Positions 26,164-35,965 of a stretch of DNA of 64,000 nucleotides are shown piece after piece. The stretch lies in the IMG/VR virus record IMGVR_UViG_3300029955_000846. One strand, 5' to 3'. The DNA is from an uncultured virus (IMG/VR IMGVR_UViG_3300029955_000846). Its lineage: Duplodnaviria; Heunggongvirae; Uroviricota; Caudoviricetes. Under the pieces are notes generated by a model, which was not told the origin of the DNA, searched no databases, and was given only the letters and a program-made list of their open reading frames with translations. The position numbers and the translations under genes were made by a program. Every line of letters starts with the position of its first letter. Within the stretch, counting starts at the first letter, position 1.

Positions 26164-26944
26164 TCTTATGTTACGAGCGAAACGCACCGTATCGAAGTGG
26201 TTGCATGAGCGAGATAAGCGGCGGGCATTGTGGATGTTTGGCGGCATCCAGATTTGCCCATGGTGCAAGCAGTGGGTGCAGTTGCATGATGGCTGGCATT
26301 TCGACAGCAAGACCGATCCTGACATCGACGCCCTTCATTGTGGAAATTGTGGAGGAGTTAGCCGCTGGCGCTTCGAGGTGGGAATGATCCCGCTCGACCC
26401 AATCGGACTAACGCCACCGCCAGTTGTCTGCATCCAAGCCAAGCCAAGGACACCACCCATGACTAAAACCTACGCCATGTCCCGCGAAGTGCCCGACGAC
26501 GCACGGGAGTACCTGACGCCGGGGAAGCCTTATGAGGTGCGCAAAGAACGCGACAAGGGTTTCGATTTCGAATGTGACCTCGGCGTTAAGCGCTTCGCCG
26601 CGTGGGAAGATAGCGGTCACCTCGACGGCGCCGACTGGACCCGCCTGACCGAAGCCGAGGCGCTGGCGATTATGATCGAACAAGCTGCCGGCGGGACGCA
26701 AGTAATCGACGAGTGGGATCGCATGGATGCCGAAGTGCAAGCGCGTCTTGATGCACTAGCCCCCACCATCGCCGTGCCTGCCGACCTGTGCGATAATGTC
26801 GCCGATGAGGTTGTTAAACAACTCCTGATCTACGACGGACGCAACCCAGACACGTATGACAGTGAGATCATGGTGCGCGTAGACGTTGCGCGCGACATTG
26901 TTGTCCGTGTTCTTTCTACCCGCATCAAGGAGGCCGGGCTATGA
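26156..26944 (+). CDS. Hypothetical protein with N-terminal CxxC...CxxC; possibly a fusion
   Basis: GTG start in second repeat B; CPWC and CGNC. Confidence 0.6.
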   Translation: MGDLMLRAKRTVSKWLHERDKRRALWMFGGIQICPWCKQWVQLHDGWHFDSKTDPDIDALHCGNCGGVSRWRFEVGMIPLDPIGLTPPPVVCIQAKPRTPPMTKTYAMSREVPDDAREYLTPGKPYEVRKERDKGFDFECDLGVKRFAAWEDSGHLDGADWTRLTEAEALAIMIEQAAGGTQVIDEWDRMDAEVQARLDALAPTIAVPADLCDNVADEVVKQLLIYDGRNPDTYDSEIMVRVDVARDIVVRVLSTRIKEAGL

Positions 26945-27282
26945 CCCAGACCATCACATGCGCCCCCGACCTCTATGACGAGATGCGCCAGAAGTTCGGG
27001 CAGGGCCGCCAACGCACCTTTGACTTCGCGGCGATCGAGATCCGCACGTCGACGGTCTTCCCGAGCACGCACGAATGTCCGGCGTGCGCCGGCACGGGCC
27101 ATGGCAAGTCGTCGACCTACTGCCGCCATTGCCGTGGCGCCGGGAAGATCAAGACGATCGGGATGTGGACTGGATCTGGGCAGACGGTCACGATGATTAC
27201 CGCCCCACTCCCGAAGGCTTTTCAGCCGCGATTTCCGATCGGGATCGTCGCGGCACCTCAAATGTGCAGGGGATTGGTATGA
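26941..27282 (+). CDS. DnaJ-type zinc-finger-motif protein
   Basis: CPACAGTG and CRHCRGAG. Confidence 0.6.
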   Translation: MTQTITCAPDLYDEMRQKFGQGRQRTFDFAAIEIRTSTVFPSTHECPACAGTGHGKSSTYCRHCRGAGKIKTIGMWTGSGQTVTMITAPLPKAFQPRFPIGIVAAPQMCRGLV

Positions 27283-27584
27283 GCAATTTCGACGTTCTGT
27301 TGATCGGCGGCCCGGATGACGGGAAGCGCATCAGCGTGGCTGATGGCACGACCTTTCTCGACGTGTTTGTGCAGCGTTCAGTGCTCGCGTCAATGAACGC
27401 TTTCAATCCCGACAGCACATCGGCGACAGCCACTTCCACCTATGGCATCAGCATGCGTTACCTGGTGCGCCGACTGACCAATAAGGTCGCAGTCGGCCAT
27501 CCGGAAGACTACGGCCCGGATGGTTGGGAGCGCACGGTGTTTGAGTTGGTCCGCGGATATGGCGGCTGGGGTGGTCAACCATGA
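27279..27584 (+). CDS. Hypothetical protein (LIGGPDDG motif)
   Basis: ATGA coupling. Confidence 0.6.
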   Translation: MSNFDVLLIGGPDDGKRISVADGTTFLDVFVQRSVLASMNAFNPDSTSATATSTYGISMRYLVRRLTNKVAVGHPEDYGPDGWERTVFELVRGYGGWGGQP

Positions 27585-27967
27585 GCGACGGCTTCCGGGT
27601 CATCACCTCCCTCGAGGACGAGATGAACGACGTCGTGCGGGTCGCGTTCCCCGATGGCATGCGTGCAGCATTTGCTGGGCGAGAGGTTCGCCGCCGGGGA
27701 CTCGCGCGATTGCTCGACGAGATCGGTCATAGTCAGTCAGGCGTTCGGGTCAACGTGTGGCAAGGTGGCCGCGTTGTGGGCACTGTCCCTGCTACCTTTC
27801 ATCCCCACTTCTTGACCTCGGTCACCTGGCTGTACTCACTCCGTCATGGAGACTTCCGTCCTGCGGCGAATGGCGGATGGATTGCCAGCGAGATGCTTGG
27901 GCCAGGCGATCTGTGCGCCATTTGGGAGTTCGAGACGGTGCTGCCCGAATGGAGAAATCTGCCATGA
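27581..27967 (+). CDS. Hypothetical protein
   Basis: ATGA coupling. Confidence 0.55.
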   Translation: MSDGFRVITSLEDEMNDVVRVAFPDGMRAAFAGREVRRRGLARLLDEIGHSQSGVRVNVWQGGRVVGTVPATFHPHFLTSVTWLYSLRHGDFRPAANGGWIASEMLGPGDLCAIWEFETVLPEWRNLP

Positions 27968-27996
27968 ACCGGGGCACGATTTCCGCGTTAAGGTAG

Positions 27997-28554
27997 CTAG
28001 GCTACCACGCTGGCCTTATTGGGAATCTCGACCACTGCGGCATCCAAATTTCGGACGATCCTTGCTGGAACGCCTGCCACCAGCACGTTCGCTGGAACGT
28101 CGCGGTTGACGAGCGCGCCCGCTGCCACGACGGCGCCTTTCCCAATCGTAACACCCGGCAGGATGGTCGCGCAGGCCCCAATCCATGCGCCGTCCCGAAC
28201 TTTGATCGGTGCTGGTTTGGCGGCCCCACACCGCTTGTGCATCGACCCGATCTCGTGACCGGTCGTTACGAATCGCACATGATTGCCAACGGAGATATTT
28301 GCCCCGATCGTCACAGGCGCCGACAAGTCGAAATAGACGCCGCGATTGATGAAGGTGTTTTTGCCGATCGAGAGCCCGCGCCCGTTGCAAAAGCCACCCC
28401 CGTTGGCAGTGACCTTTGGACCGATCCGATTGCCGAGCAGCCGCCAGAGTTGTGGCCGCAGGCGCGTGCTGATGGGATCATCTGGCAGGATGTTGGCCAG
28501 ATTGTTCACGGCTAGCGTCAGAGCGCTCCGCCAGATTCGGTAAATGGTTCGCAT
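27997..28554 (-). CDS. Hexapeptide (LbH) sugar O-acetyltransferase, Maa/WbbJ-like
   Basis: '[40 protein letters not shown]'. Confidence 0.9.
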   Translation of the reverse strand: MRTIYRIWRSALTLAVNNLANILPDDPISTRLRPQLWRLLGNRIGPKVTANGGGFCNGRGLSIGKNTFINRGVYFDLSAPVTIGANISVGNHVRFVTTGHEIGSMHKRCGAAKPAPIKVRDGAWIGACATILPGVTIGKGAVVAAGALVNRDVPANVLVAGVPARIVRNLDAAVVEIPNKASVVA

Positions 28555-28577
28555 GGGCAAAGTGTACAGAAGTTGAT

Positions 28578-28609
28578 GGCAATCAATATCTGTATTGATA
28601 CTGATTGCC
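28578..28609. terminator. Intergenic hairpin GGCAATCAATATC...GATACTGATTGCC
   Basis: Inverted repeat; role uncertain. Confidence 0.4.
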
Positions 28610-28621
28610 GTCAGACTGGAT

Positions 28622-30436
28622 TTACTTGGCCGCGCAAAGGAAATTCAGAACATCCCCTGAGTTCCAAGCGGCAGGCGATCCGGATGCATTGTACGCCGAC
28701 ACCGTGATCGAGGTTGTGGTCTTTCCCGTCACTTTGGTCCAGATCGGTAGCGTCGGTGAGGTGTAGTCGTTGATATGGCAGTTCCAGCCATTCGTGGAGG
28801 TGGCTCCCATATTGATCGTGCCACTGGTCGCCGTCCCACCGGTCCCCACATTGACATCAAATGCCAGTCCGCTGGACCCGACTGCGATCGATGGAGTCGT
28901 GCCAAAGCCCGAGTTGATGGATGGTGCCCCGGAAGAGATGAGCAGTCGGCCATTGCTGGCATAAAGGTTGGTCAATTCCACCGTGCTAGGCGTCGTGCCG
29001 CCGATCGCGGGCGGCGCGGCGAGGTAGGTTGAGAGCCCGGTCCCCGACACCGTGCCCGAGACAGCGAGTCCCCCTGTCAAGGTCGTGAGGCCGTTGGTGT
29101 TGCAAGCCTTGGTTGATACGAGCGCATAGCAGCCTTGAAAAATACCCGCCGGCACGTTCCATGTGATGTTGACGGTCGACAGGTTCACGGTGCCCACCAT
29201 TTCCTGCCACTTGGCGGTGTCGGCAGCCGACAGGAAGGTGATCGCATTACCTTCAGACGCGATGCTGATGTTGAAATTCGTGGCGTGATGAACAGCAGTC
29301 ACATTCGGCGACAGCTTAAAGATTGCATCAGTCTTGCGGCTCGTACCTTCGATGTAAGTCAAGCCGAAAATATTCACCTGCGACGATGCCGGCGCATCGA
29401 TATAGAAGGCATCGGCAAGCTGCGAATTTCCTTCCATATGAATGTCGGCATATAATTCTTCGGTGGGCACACTGGTCGACGGAGAGAAGATAGTAAATCC
29501 GTAGCCGTATGGTGCGCTCAACCACGATCCGATAAATCTGGCGCGAAGAGTCGCCTGTTCCCACACGGCAGACTGTCCCGCAGCGCCGGGATACATGACA
29601 AGCGAGCCGCCGATGAATGTGTTTTCGTCGAAGCTGCTGCAGGCGCCAACACTGAGCGTTTCAGTCACGAATGCACTCGTCGCCCCCCAGTAGTTGCAAC
29701 CATCAAGAATGACATCATGCGCGGTGGAACTTGTGCTGTAGTTAAAAAGGACCGGGTGATAGAACGTATCCGTTTCGGATGCCAAATTGTATAGCGGGGC
29801 TTGGGAAAAATACCCTTGAATATTTAGATCTTTGAACTCGAATTGATCGGCCACGGCTGCGGAAATGCGTCCGAGCTGCACCCCCGTTGCGGGCATCGTC
29901 GTCGACGAAGATTGGAGAATATGAAGTCCATCAACATTAAATCGAACTGACCCAAGGAAATCGACGCAGGTTCGCCCACCATACTGGCAGTCGATGACAG
30001 CCCCATCGAACACAACTTTTGCCGAGAAAGACTGAACATTGGTAAAGTTTAGGCCACTCGTGATTTTGTATCGCCCCTTGGGCACAAGTAAAGTGACCGG
30101 AACGTATGGTTGGAGATACCCACCCGGTACAATCTGAGTGGCTTTCCATGCCGAAATGCAGGCATTCAAGGCGGCAGTATCATCGGCGGTATCATCGCCG
30201 ATCGCGCCAAAGTCCTTGCAATTGATTCTGTCGGCAAACCGATCGGAGAGGGTCCGGGCGAGGGTAGATCCCGTGGCCGTGGGTGTTTGGGCCGCAGTGG
30301 CAGCGGTTTGGGCAGCCGTTGCAGTCGTTTGCGCTGACGCAGCAAGGCCTTGCGCGACCAGATCAGTCCCCGCAAACGCGACTGCTGAATGCCCGAGAGC
30401 GATTGCTGCGAGAATAGTTGCCCGAATAGTTTTCAT
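28622..30436 (-). CDS. Signal-peptide beta-helix glycanase, tailspike-like (Pectate_lyase_3-like)
   Basis: Sec signal '[22 protein letters not shown]'; '[11 protein letters not shown]...DDTAAL...VPKGRYKIT'. Confidence 0.75.
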   Translation of the reverse strand: MKTIRATILAAIALGHSAVAFAGTDLVAQGLAASAQTTATAAQTAATAAQTPTATGSTLARTLSDRFADRINCKDFGAIGDDTADDTAALNACISAWKATQIVPGGYLQPYVPVTLLVPKGRYKITSGLNFTNVQSFSAKVVFDGAVIDCQYGGRTCVDFLGSVRFNVDGLHILQSSSTTMPATGVQLGRISAAVADQFEFKDLNIQGYFSQAPLYNLASETDTFYHPVLFNYSTSSTAHDVILDGCNYWGATSAFVTETLSVGACSSFDENTFIGGSLVMYPGAAGQSAVWEQATLRARFIGSWLSAPYGYGFTIFSPSTSVPTEELYADIHMEGNSQLADAFYIDAPASSQVNIFGLTYIEGTSRKTDAIFKLSPNVTAVHHATNFNISIASEGNAITFLSAADTAKWQEMVGTVNLSTVNITWNVPAGIFQGCYALVSTKACNTNGLTTLTGGLAVSGTVSGTGLSTYLAAPPAIGGTTPSTVELTNLYASNGRLLISSGAPSINSGFGTTPSIAVGSSGLAFDVNVGTGGTATSGTINMGATSTNGWNCHINDYTSPTLPIWTKVTGKTTTSITVSAYNASGSPAAWNSGDVLNFLCAAK

Positions 30437-30437
30437 G

Positions 30438-31085
30438 TCAGTTGCTCCCGGAAACATAGCAGGACCCGCCCGTGAGCGTGAACTTTGCATAACCACCACC
30501 CGGTTCCGTGTAGGTGCCAACCGCGTTGATAGTTTGGGTCGCCGATACGCCGGAAACATTGTTGAGCACTACGGTCTGCGGATAGAAATTGGTTCCATCC
30601 GGGCTGATTGATGCAGATCCCGCCGATGGCGCGGCGTAGCATTTCAAAGTGATCACGCTGTAATTGCGCATGTCGACAGTGGTTCCGGATGCGTACTGTG
30701 AAAGCGGCCCGGTGGTGACAACTGTCGCCTGGGAGGTGGCAATGGGTGCAATGCCTGCGCTGACGGCGCCGGTGGTGCCGTAGGCGGATCGCACCCAAAT
30801 ATGGGCGCCTTGGCCAGTGAAAGGTTGGTTCGACGGAAGAAGCACGACACCGCCGCCGCCGGGTGGCGTTGCACTCGCGGAAAAGGCGACAAATGCGGTG
30901 GCAGACGACTTGTCTTGGACATAGACCGGCGTGTTGGCCAGCGATGGGTAGAGGACTGTGATGTCGGTCCAGGCCGAGGTGATGGGGATGTCGGCCCCCA
31001 CGTCCTGTGCAAATGCCGGGGGTGCGCAAAAGGCCACAAGTGCCAATGCGGAGAGCAAGGGTCGGATAGGTCGCATGGGTTCCAT
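30438..31085 (-). CDS. Secreted beta-rich hypothetical protein
   Basis: Sec signal ending AFA-QD; GGAG RBS. Confidence 0.7.
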   Translation of the reverse strand: MEPMRPIRPLLSALALVAFCAPPAFAQDVGADIPITSAWTDITVLYPSLANTPVYVQDKSSATAFVAFSASATPPGGGGVVLLPSNQPFTGQGAHIWVRSAYGTTGAVSAGIAPIATSQATVVTTGPLSQYASGTTVDMRNYSVITLKCYAAPSAGSASISPDGTNFYPQTVVLNNVSGVSATQTINAVGTYTEPGGGYAKFTLTGGSCYVSGSN

Positions 31086-31164
31086 CTCCAGGAAACAGGG
31101 GCGGAAATTCCGATTCCATTACACACGTTAATGGTGATTTGCAACGAAACGGCTGATTGACATA

Positions 31165-31183
31165 AGTCACGTTTTACGTGATT
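31165..31183. promoter_or_regulatory. Operator AGTCAC-GTTTTAC-GTGATT in a divergent promoter region
   Basis: Consensus match; weaker copy at 31121-31139. Confidence 0.7.
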
Positions 31184-31220
31184 AATTTGCCATCACGCGA
31201 ATCGCTCATCGGAGTTGCGG

Positions 31221-31403
31221 ATGCCACGTATTTCTGACCCGCATCCCGTGGATGCGAGGAAAAGCGATCTCGCTCAACTGGTTTCAGACGGCTTTTCTAT
31301 CTCTGGGGCGGCCCAATGGCTCGGCCTCACGTCGCGCCGCGGATATCAGCTTTGGCAGTTGATTGTGGATGATCTGGCCAAGGACGGCGGAAAGCCGTTT
31401 TGA
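31221..31403 (+). CDS. Small HTH-like protein
   Basis: 'SISGAAQWLGLTSRRGYQLW'. Confidence 0.6.
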   Translation: MPRISDPHPVDARKSDLAQLVSDGFSISGAAQWLGLTSRRGYQLWQLIVDDLAKDGGKPF

Positions 31404-31407
31404 CGCA

Positions 31408-31426
31408 TATCACTAAAAGGGTGATA
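31408..31426. promoter_or_regulatory. Operator TATCAC-TAAAAGG-GTGATA
   Basis: Perfect half-sites over the RBS of 31429. Confidence 0.7.
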
Positions 31427-31428
31427 AA

Positions 31429-31719
31429 ATGGACAATTTAGCCAAAGGGCCCGAGATTTTCGGCCTTGCCCAAGTCGAGGCGGCGATCGTCGGCATAGTG
31501 GCGAAGCATGCGGAATTCGCCGGGAAGGGGGCAAAGTCCGTCGACCTGGATGACGATCTGTTCTCGGACCTCGCGCTGCACGATTTCGGCATCTACTCGG
31601 TCGAACTCGATATCGAAGACAAGTTCGGCGTGACTCTCCGCGCCGTCGATATCGAGACATCGCGCACCCCGCGAGATCTGGTCAACGCAACAATGAAGGT
31701 GCTCAACCATGGAGCGTAA
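31429..31719 (+). CDS. Acyl-carrier-protein-like protein lacking the DSL serine
   Basis: 'DLFSDLALHDFG...IEDKFGV.L...DIE...T..DLV' follows the ACP pattern. Confidence 0.6.
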   Translation: MDNLAKGPEIFGLAQVEAAIVGIVAKHAEFAGKGAKSVDLDDDLFSDLALHDFGIYSVELDIEDKFGVTLRAVDIETSRTPRDLVNATMKVLNHGA

Positions 31720-31903
31720 CCCGGACGCCGTCTGCGCGACGTGCGCGTATAAATTCGCCGATTCCAACGGGTTTCTGCGATGCCGTTTTGATCCGCCGAC
31801 GGTGGTGCCGCAGACTGGCGGCAACGCCATCAGTCCAATCGTCAGGCCCACCGATTGGTGCGGCCGACATCATGAATTCGCGTCGAAAGGGAAGAAGCGC
31901 TGA
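31709..31903 (+). CDS. Small Cys-rich protein
   Basis: 'CATC...CRFDPP...DWCG'. Confidence 0.65.
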   Translation: MERNPDAVCATCAYKFADSNGFLRCRFDPPTVVPQTGGNAISPIVRPTDWCGRHHEFASKGKKR

Positions 31904-32088
31904 TGGCCGACTGTCCGAACTCGATCTTCACGCATGAGGATCGCGCCATGCTGCAAGGGCTGCGCAACTGCAGCAATGACCTGCATCTGGCCATTTTGCG
32001 CACCAATCGGACGCATGGTCCGCTCACCCCGGCGCAGATCTGCCGGGCGCAGGATGTGCTCTCCTATCACGCTCCCCGCCAGCGCTGA
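31903..32088 (+). CDS. Hypothetical protein
   Basis: TGATG coupling. Confidence 0.5.
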   Translation: MADCPNSIFTHEDRAMLQGLRNCSNDLHLAILRTNRTHGPLTPAQICRAQDVLSYHAPRQR

Positions 32089-32115
32089 GCGCCAGGCAGT
32101 TCTAGGAGACGATTC

Positions 32116-32526
32116 ATGACAGCCAAGACGCAGATCGGTGGAACGCATTATCTTGGAATGGCGATCCAACCGCGCGTGTTCGCGATGTCGAACCATTGGG
32201 ATGCTGATGCCTTTTCGGTCCTCAAGTACCTTTCGCGCTATATGCGGAAGGACGGTTTGAAGGATCTTGAGAAGGCGCGGCATTTCGCGACGATGCGCGG
32301 GGAGTTTGGACCGCCGCCCAACACGTTTCCGCCGGCGATCCGCATGGCCGATTATATCGAGCAGAACGAATTTTCGAGCGACTCGCTGCTGAAATACGCG
32401 CTGCGGGGGCTCTGGGATACCGTTTACACGCGCGACGGCTCGCGCCTCTACACCCCGCACGTTCTTGCCAAAATCGACGAGTTGACCGAACGCGAGTTGA
32501 TCGAACGCGAGAACATTATCCTTTAA
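32116..32526 (+). CDS. DUF3310 (SaV/gp1.7-like) protein
   Basis: 'QIGGTHY...IQP...KYLSRY..K.G..DLEKA'. Confidence 0.8.
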   Translation: MTAKTQIGGTHYLGMAIQPRVFAMSNHWDADAFSVLKYLSRYMRKDGLKDLEKARHFATMRGEFGPPPNTFPPAIRMADYIEQNEFSSDSLLKYALRGLWDTVYTRDGSRLYTPHVLAKIDELTERELIERENIIL

Positions 32527-32535
32527 CTCCTGTCT

Positions 32536-32554
32536 AATCACCTATAACGTGATT
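32536..32554. promoter_or_regulatory. Operator AATCAC-CTATAAC-GTGATT
   Basis: Perfect half-sites upstream of gapR. Confidence 0.7.
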
Positions 32555-32582
32555 CGACTCGAAAAAATAGGTACTTAACACA

Positions 32583-32855
32583 ATGGCAAAAGGTGACGAA
32601 TCTGGCAGCATTGGTGACAATAGCGAGGCTGGTGACGAGCGCCTTCGCCTACTGATCGAGCGTATTGAGCGCTTGGAAGAGGAAAAGACGGGCATCAACG
32701 ACGATATCAAGGATGTCTACGGCGAGGCCAAAGCGGTCGGCTATCACACTAAGCAGATACGCCAGATCATCCGGCTCAGGAGGATGAAGCCCGACGATCG
32801 CCGCGAAGAGAACGAAATTCTCGAACTCTATAAGACTGCTCTAGGGATGTTCTGA
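32583..32855 (+). CDS. gapR: GapR (DUF2312) nucleoid-associated protein homolog
   Basis: 'LRLLIERIERLEEEK..I.DDIKDVYGEAK..GY..K..RQII.LR...Y..ALGM'. Confidence 0.9.
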   Translation: MAKGDESGSIGDNSEAGDERLRLLIERIERLEEEKTGINDDIKDVYGEAKAVGYHTKQIRQIIRLRRMKPDDRREENEILELYKTALGMF

Positions 32856-33247
32856 TGAGCCTGATGTGGGCCCCAGATTCGCGGATTGAGGCTGCTCGCA
32901 AGACCCCAGGATGGGTGCAGTTCCACGCCGAATGTGGAAAGGCCAATTTCTACATCGACGAGATCACCAAGAGCGGCCGAGGATATCGGGCGACCGCCTT
33001 CTCGCTGAAGGATCGCTTCAGCGCCCCATATATCCCGATCCCTCGGGAGACGGGCTTTGGGCGCGACCCGATCGCAGCATGCAAGGATGCCTATCGACGC
33101 AGCGCGGATGCCGGGGTGATTGCAGACACGCATTTGGAGGCGTTGTTCGTCGACGACAGGATTCCGTCTGCTATGGGGAATTCACTTTCCTACACGGAAC
33201 GTAATGGGAACATACACCTCACGCAAGAGGATGAAGACCTCATATGA
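32855..33247 (+). CDS. Hypothetical protein ending LTQEDEDLI
   Basis: TGATG coupling. Confidence 0.7.
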   Translation: MSLMWAPDSRIEAARKTPGWVQFHAECGKANFYIDEITKSGRGYRATAFSLKDRFSAPYIPIPRETGFGRDPIAACKDAYRRSADAGVIADTHLEALFVDDRIPSAMGNSLSYTERNGNIHLTQEDEDLI

Positions 33248-33534
33248 CGACTGCATTAGAGGACATGCTGCGTGCAACATTATTGCGCGATGGCGCAATT
33301 CAGATGAATTGCTGCGATGGCAAGTGGTGCGCGGTGATCACCTATCGCAACGGCCGCGCAACCAATCATTGCATGGGGGCAGACCAGTGGCTCGATGACC
33401 CGGTCGATGCCTTGCGCGCGGTTCTCATCAATGAGGAACGCGAGTCCCGAGACATCGTGCGGCGTTACGCGGCAGCGACCAAGATAGGCGCGCCCGCGCC
33501 GTCCCTGACGGCAGATGACGAGGATTTGATCTGA
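33244..33534 (+). CDS. Hypothetical protein ending LTADDEDLI
   Basis: ATGA coupling. Confidence 0.7.
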   Translation: MTTALEDMLRATLLRDGAIQMNCCDGKWCAVITYRNGRATNHCMGADQWLDDPVDALRAVLINEERESRDIVRRYAAATKIGAPAPSLTADDEDLI

Positions 33535-34694
33535 TGATTGTCCACGGTGGGTGCATGGAGGTGATGGCCCAGATACCGAGCGACACGTTCGCCTCTGCGG
33601 TCACCGATCCGCCATACCATCTGACGAGCATTGTGAAGCGGTTCGGGGCCACCGATGCCGCGCCGGCGAAGCATGGGACAGACGGACTGTTCGCCCGCCG
33701 TTCGCGCGGGTTCATGGGTCAGAAATGGGACGGCGGCGACATCGCATTCCGGCCCGAACTTTGGGCCGAGGTGTTGCGGGTGATGAAGCCAGGCGCCCAT
33801 CTGGTCGCCTTTGGCGGATCCCGCACCTATCATCGGATGGCCTGCGCGATCGAGGATGCCGGGTTTGAGGTGCGAGACTGCATCCTCGAATTGTTGAGCG
33901 CGGACGATATGGCGCGCGCTTTCCTGGAATCGCTGGATGCGGATCAGGCGAAAGCATTCGAGCGCCTGCTCGGTTCCAGCCAGCCGATCGGCAGCCTCGA
34001 ATGGATCTATGGTTCCGGGTTCCCCCACTCCCACAATCAGAACGGTCGGTGGGAGGGGTGGGGTACGGCTCTCAAGCCGGCGCACGAACCAATCGTCCTC
34101 GCGCGCAAGCCACTCGGCGAGAAGTCCGTTGCTGCGAACCTGGCGCGCTGGGGGACTGGGGCGCTCAACATCGACGCCAGCCGGGTTCTCGGACCTGAAT
34201 ATGTGGGTGAGGCGTTGGCAGGCCGCTGGCCCGCCAACGTCATCCACGATGGGAGCGACGAGGTATTGGCTGCATTTCCGGATGCCCCAGGTCAACTGGC
34301 CCGCACCAGCAGCAGCAGTGAGGGCCGGAAGAACCAGAACACCTATGGTGAGATGCGCCGTGGGGCACCCGGCACCGAGATGATTCCGCGCAAGGACCGT
34401 GGCTCGGCCGCCCGCTTCTTCTACTGCGCCAAAGCATCAAAGGCAGATCGAGGCGGCGACAATAGCCATCCAACGGTGAAGCCGTTCGAGTTAATGGAGT
34501 ATTTATGCCGGCTTGTAACGCCGCCCGGGGGGACCGTTTTGGACCCTTTCTGTGGTTCCGGAAGCACCGGTAAGGCGGCATTAGCCAATGATTACAAGTT
34601 CTTTGGGATCGAAATGATAGAGGCTTACGCCAATATCTCGCATCAGCGAACAGGAGGGGCCTATTTGAGTGCGGAGGATTTTTCATTGATTTAA
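33534..34694 (+). CDS. Orphan N6/N4 DNA methyltransferase (beta class)
   Basis: DPPY, 'HPTVKP', 'VLDPFCGSGSTG'. Confidence 0.92.
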   Translation: MIVHGGCMEVMAQIPSDTFASAVTDPPYHLTSIVKRFGATDAAPAKHGTDGLFARRSRGFMGQKWDGGDIAFRPELWAEVLRVMKPGAHLVAFGGSRTYHRMACAIEDAGFEVRDCILELLSADDMARAFLESLDADQAKAFERLLGSSQPIGSLEWIYGSGFPHSHNQNGRWEGWGTALKPAHEPIVLARKPLGEKSVAANLARWGTGALNIDASRVLGPEYVGEALAGRWPANVIHDGSDEVLAAFPDAPGQLARTSSSSEGRKNQNTYGEMRRGAPGTEMIPRKDRGSAARFFYCAKASKADRGGDNSHPTVKPFELMEYLCRLVTPPGGTVLDPFCGSGSTGKAALANDYKFFGIEMIEAYANISHQRTGGAYLSAEDFSLI

Positions 34695-34779
34695 TGGTCG
34701 CTTAGCAGAGCATTAAACATCGCGCGCAACGAACGCGAGGGGTGCGAGACTGGGTTATACTCTACGTTCGGGGGTAAAT

Positions 34780-35043
34780 GTGACTGACAATAGCGAAAAA
34801 GATTGGACTATAGACGCGGCCGATGGCGAACGTCTTGCCAAATTCTACGTTAGATCAATGCGCGATAGCAGCGATGTATCGCTGTTGATCGGCCTTGTTC
34901 GCCAATGGTTTGGGGATATCGACGCGACGCAGATTGGATTTTTCACCGAACTCGCGACGCAGTTGGTGTTCGAAAAGGAGGCGGGGAGTACGGCGACAGA
35001 ACCACCCTCCACCTCGAAAGTCGCGCTGCACATCGTAAAATGA
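34780..35043 (+). CDS. Hypothetical protein
   Basis: Fills the gap before the convergent lysis genes. Confidence 0.5.
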   Translation: MTDNSEKDWTIDAADGERLAKFYVRSMRDSSDVSLLIGLVRQWFGDIDATQIGFFTELATQLVFEKEAGSTATEPPSTSKVALHIVK

Positions 35044-35048
35044 TCTCA

Positions 35049-35702
35049 TTAGGCGGCGGGACTGCCCGCCGCCGAGACTTTCAGTCGCATGTCTTGCTCG
35101 GCTTGAATGCGATCGATCAACGCGCCGATCTCGCCCGAGAACAACAGGGACGTCGGAATCGCGAAACCTTTGATGACCTGGCGTTTGCGCCCACGGGTTT
35201 CGCCCACCATTTCGATGAAACAGAGTTCCTGCATTTCGGGACGAGGGCGGCAGATGGTGACTGCTGCACCATGCATCATGGCATCTCGATCGGCCAGAGT
35301 GATCAACTTGACCGCATCCGGCACAAACTCGGCTGTTTCAAAGGTTTGGCCGATCGCCTCTTGGATCCCCACCGGCAGGAAGAACGTGCGCCGGCATGCG
35401 GCGTTGCATTCGATGATTTCCTGCGTGTAGGGATCCCGGGTCCATTCCGGGTGGGGGAACTCCACCCCCATGGCATCGATCTGTGCCTCAAGGCGCACGA
35501 CCATCGTGCGCAACTCGGAGATATCCCGAATCGTTTGGTCGTGTTTATCCCGTTCTTCCTGAGCGCGCTTGTCGCGCTCAGTGTCGCGGCGGTTGAGTCG
35601 GCTGCTGGCAAAAGCCCACAAACCAGACGATCCAGCGATGGCAAAAGCGCCAGAAACCACCACTACGGATATATACTGACCAAACGACATCGGGTCCGTC
35701 AT
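35049..35702 (-). CDS. Membrane-anchored coiled-coil protein with PAS-like domain
   Basis: N-terminal TM; 'FPHPEWTRD...NAACRRTFF...EAIGQT...P...D...G'. Confidence 0.6.
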   Translation of the reverse strand: MTDPMSFGQYISVVVVSGAFAIAGSSGLWAFASSRLNRRDTERDKRAQEERDKHDQTIRDISELRTMVVRLEAQIDAMGVEFPHPEWTRDPYTQEIIECNAACRRTFFLPVGIQEAIGQTFETAEFVPDAVKLITLADRDAMMHGAAVTICRPRPEMQELCFIEMVGETRGRKRQVIKGFAIPTSLLFSGEIGALIDRIQAEQDMRLKVSAAGSPAA

Positions 35703-35965
35703 TTCGCTGCACCGCACGCTTTATCGATGATCGCGTTGAGCACGATCACCTGTTGCTTGGTTCCCTCGGTATCCTCGTGGCTGAGTGACACCGGGGACAA
35801 CGAAGCGCAAAGCGGGTCAATCCCGCCAGTGCCCTTCTGCGTCGTCGTCGAGGGCTGTGCGGGCGGTGCCGACAGGATTGGGCTTGGTGCTTGGCTCACT
35901 GGACTCCCGCAGCACGACAGCATCGGCGGCAGTACGAGTGCGAGCAGCTTCAGTTTCGATCGCAT
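35699..35965 (-). CDS. o-spanin (Rz1-like lipoprotein)
   Basis: Lipobox LSC-C, Pro-rich, overlaps i-spanin. Confidence 0.7.
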   Translation of the reverse strand: MRSKLKLLALVLPPMLSCCGSPVSQAPSPILSAPPAQPSTTTQKGTGGIDPLCASLSPVSLSHEDTEGTKQQVIVLNAIIDKACGAAK

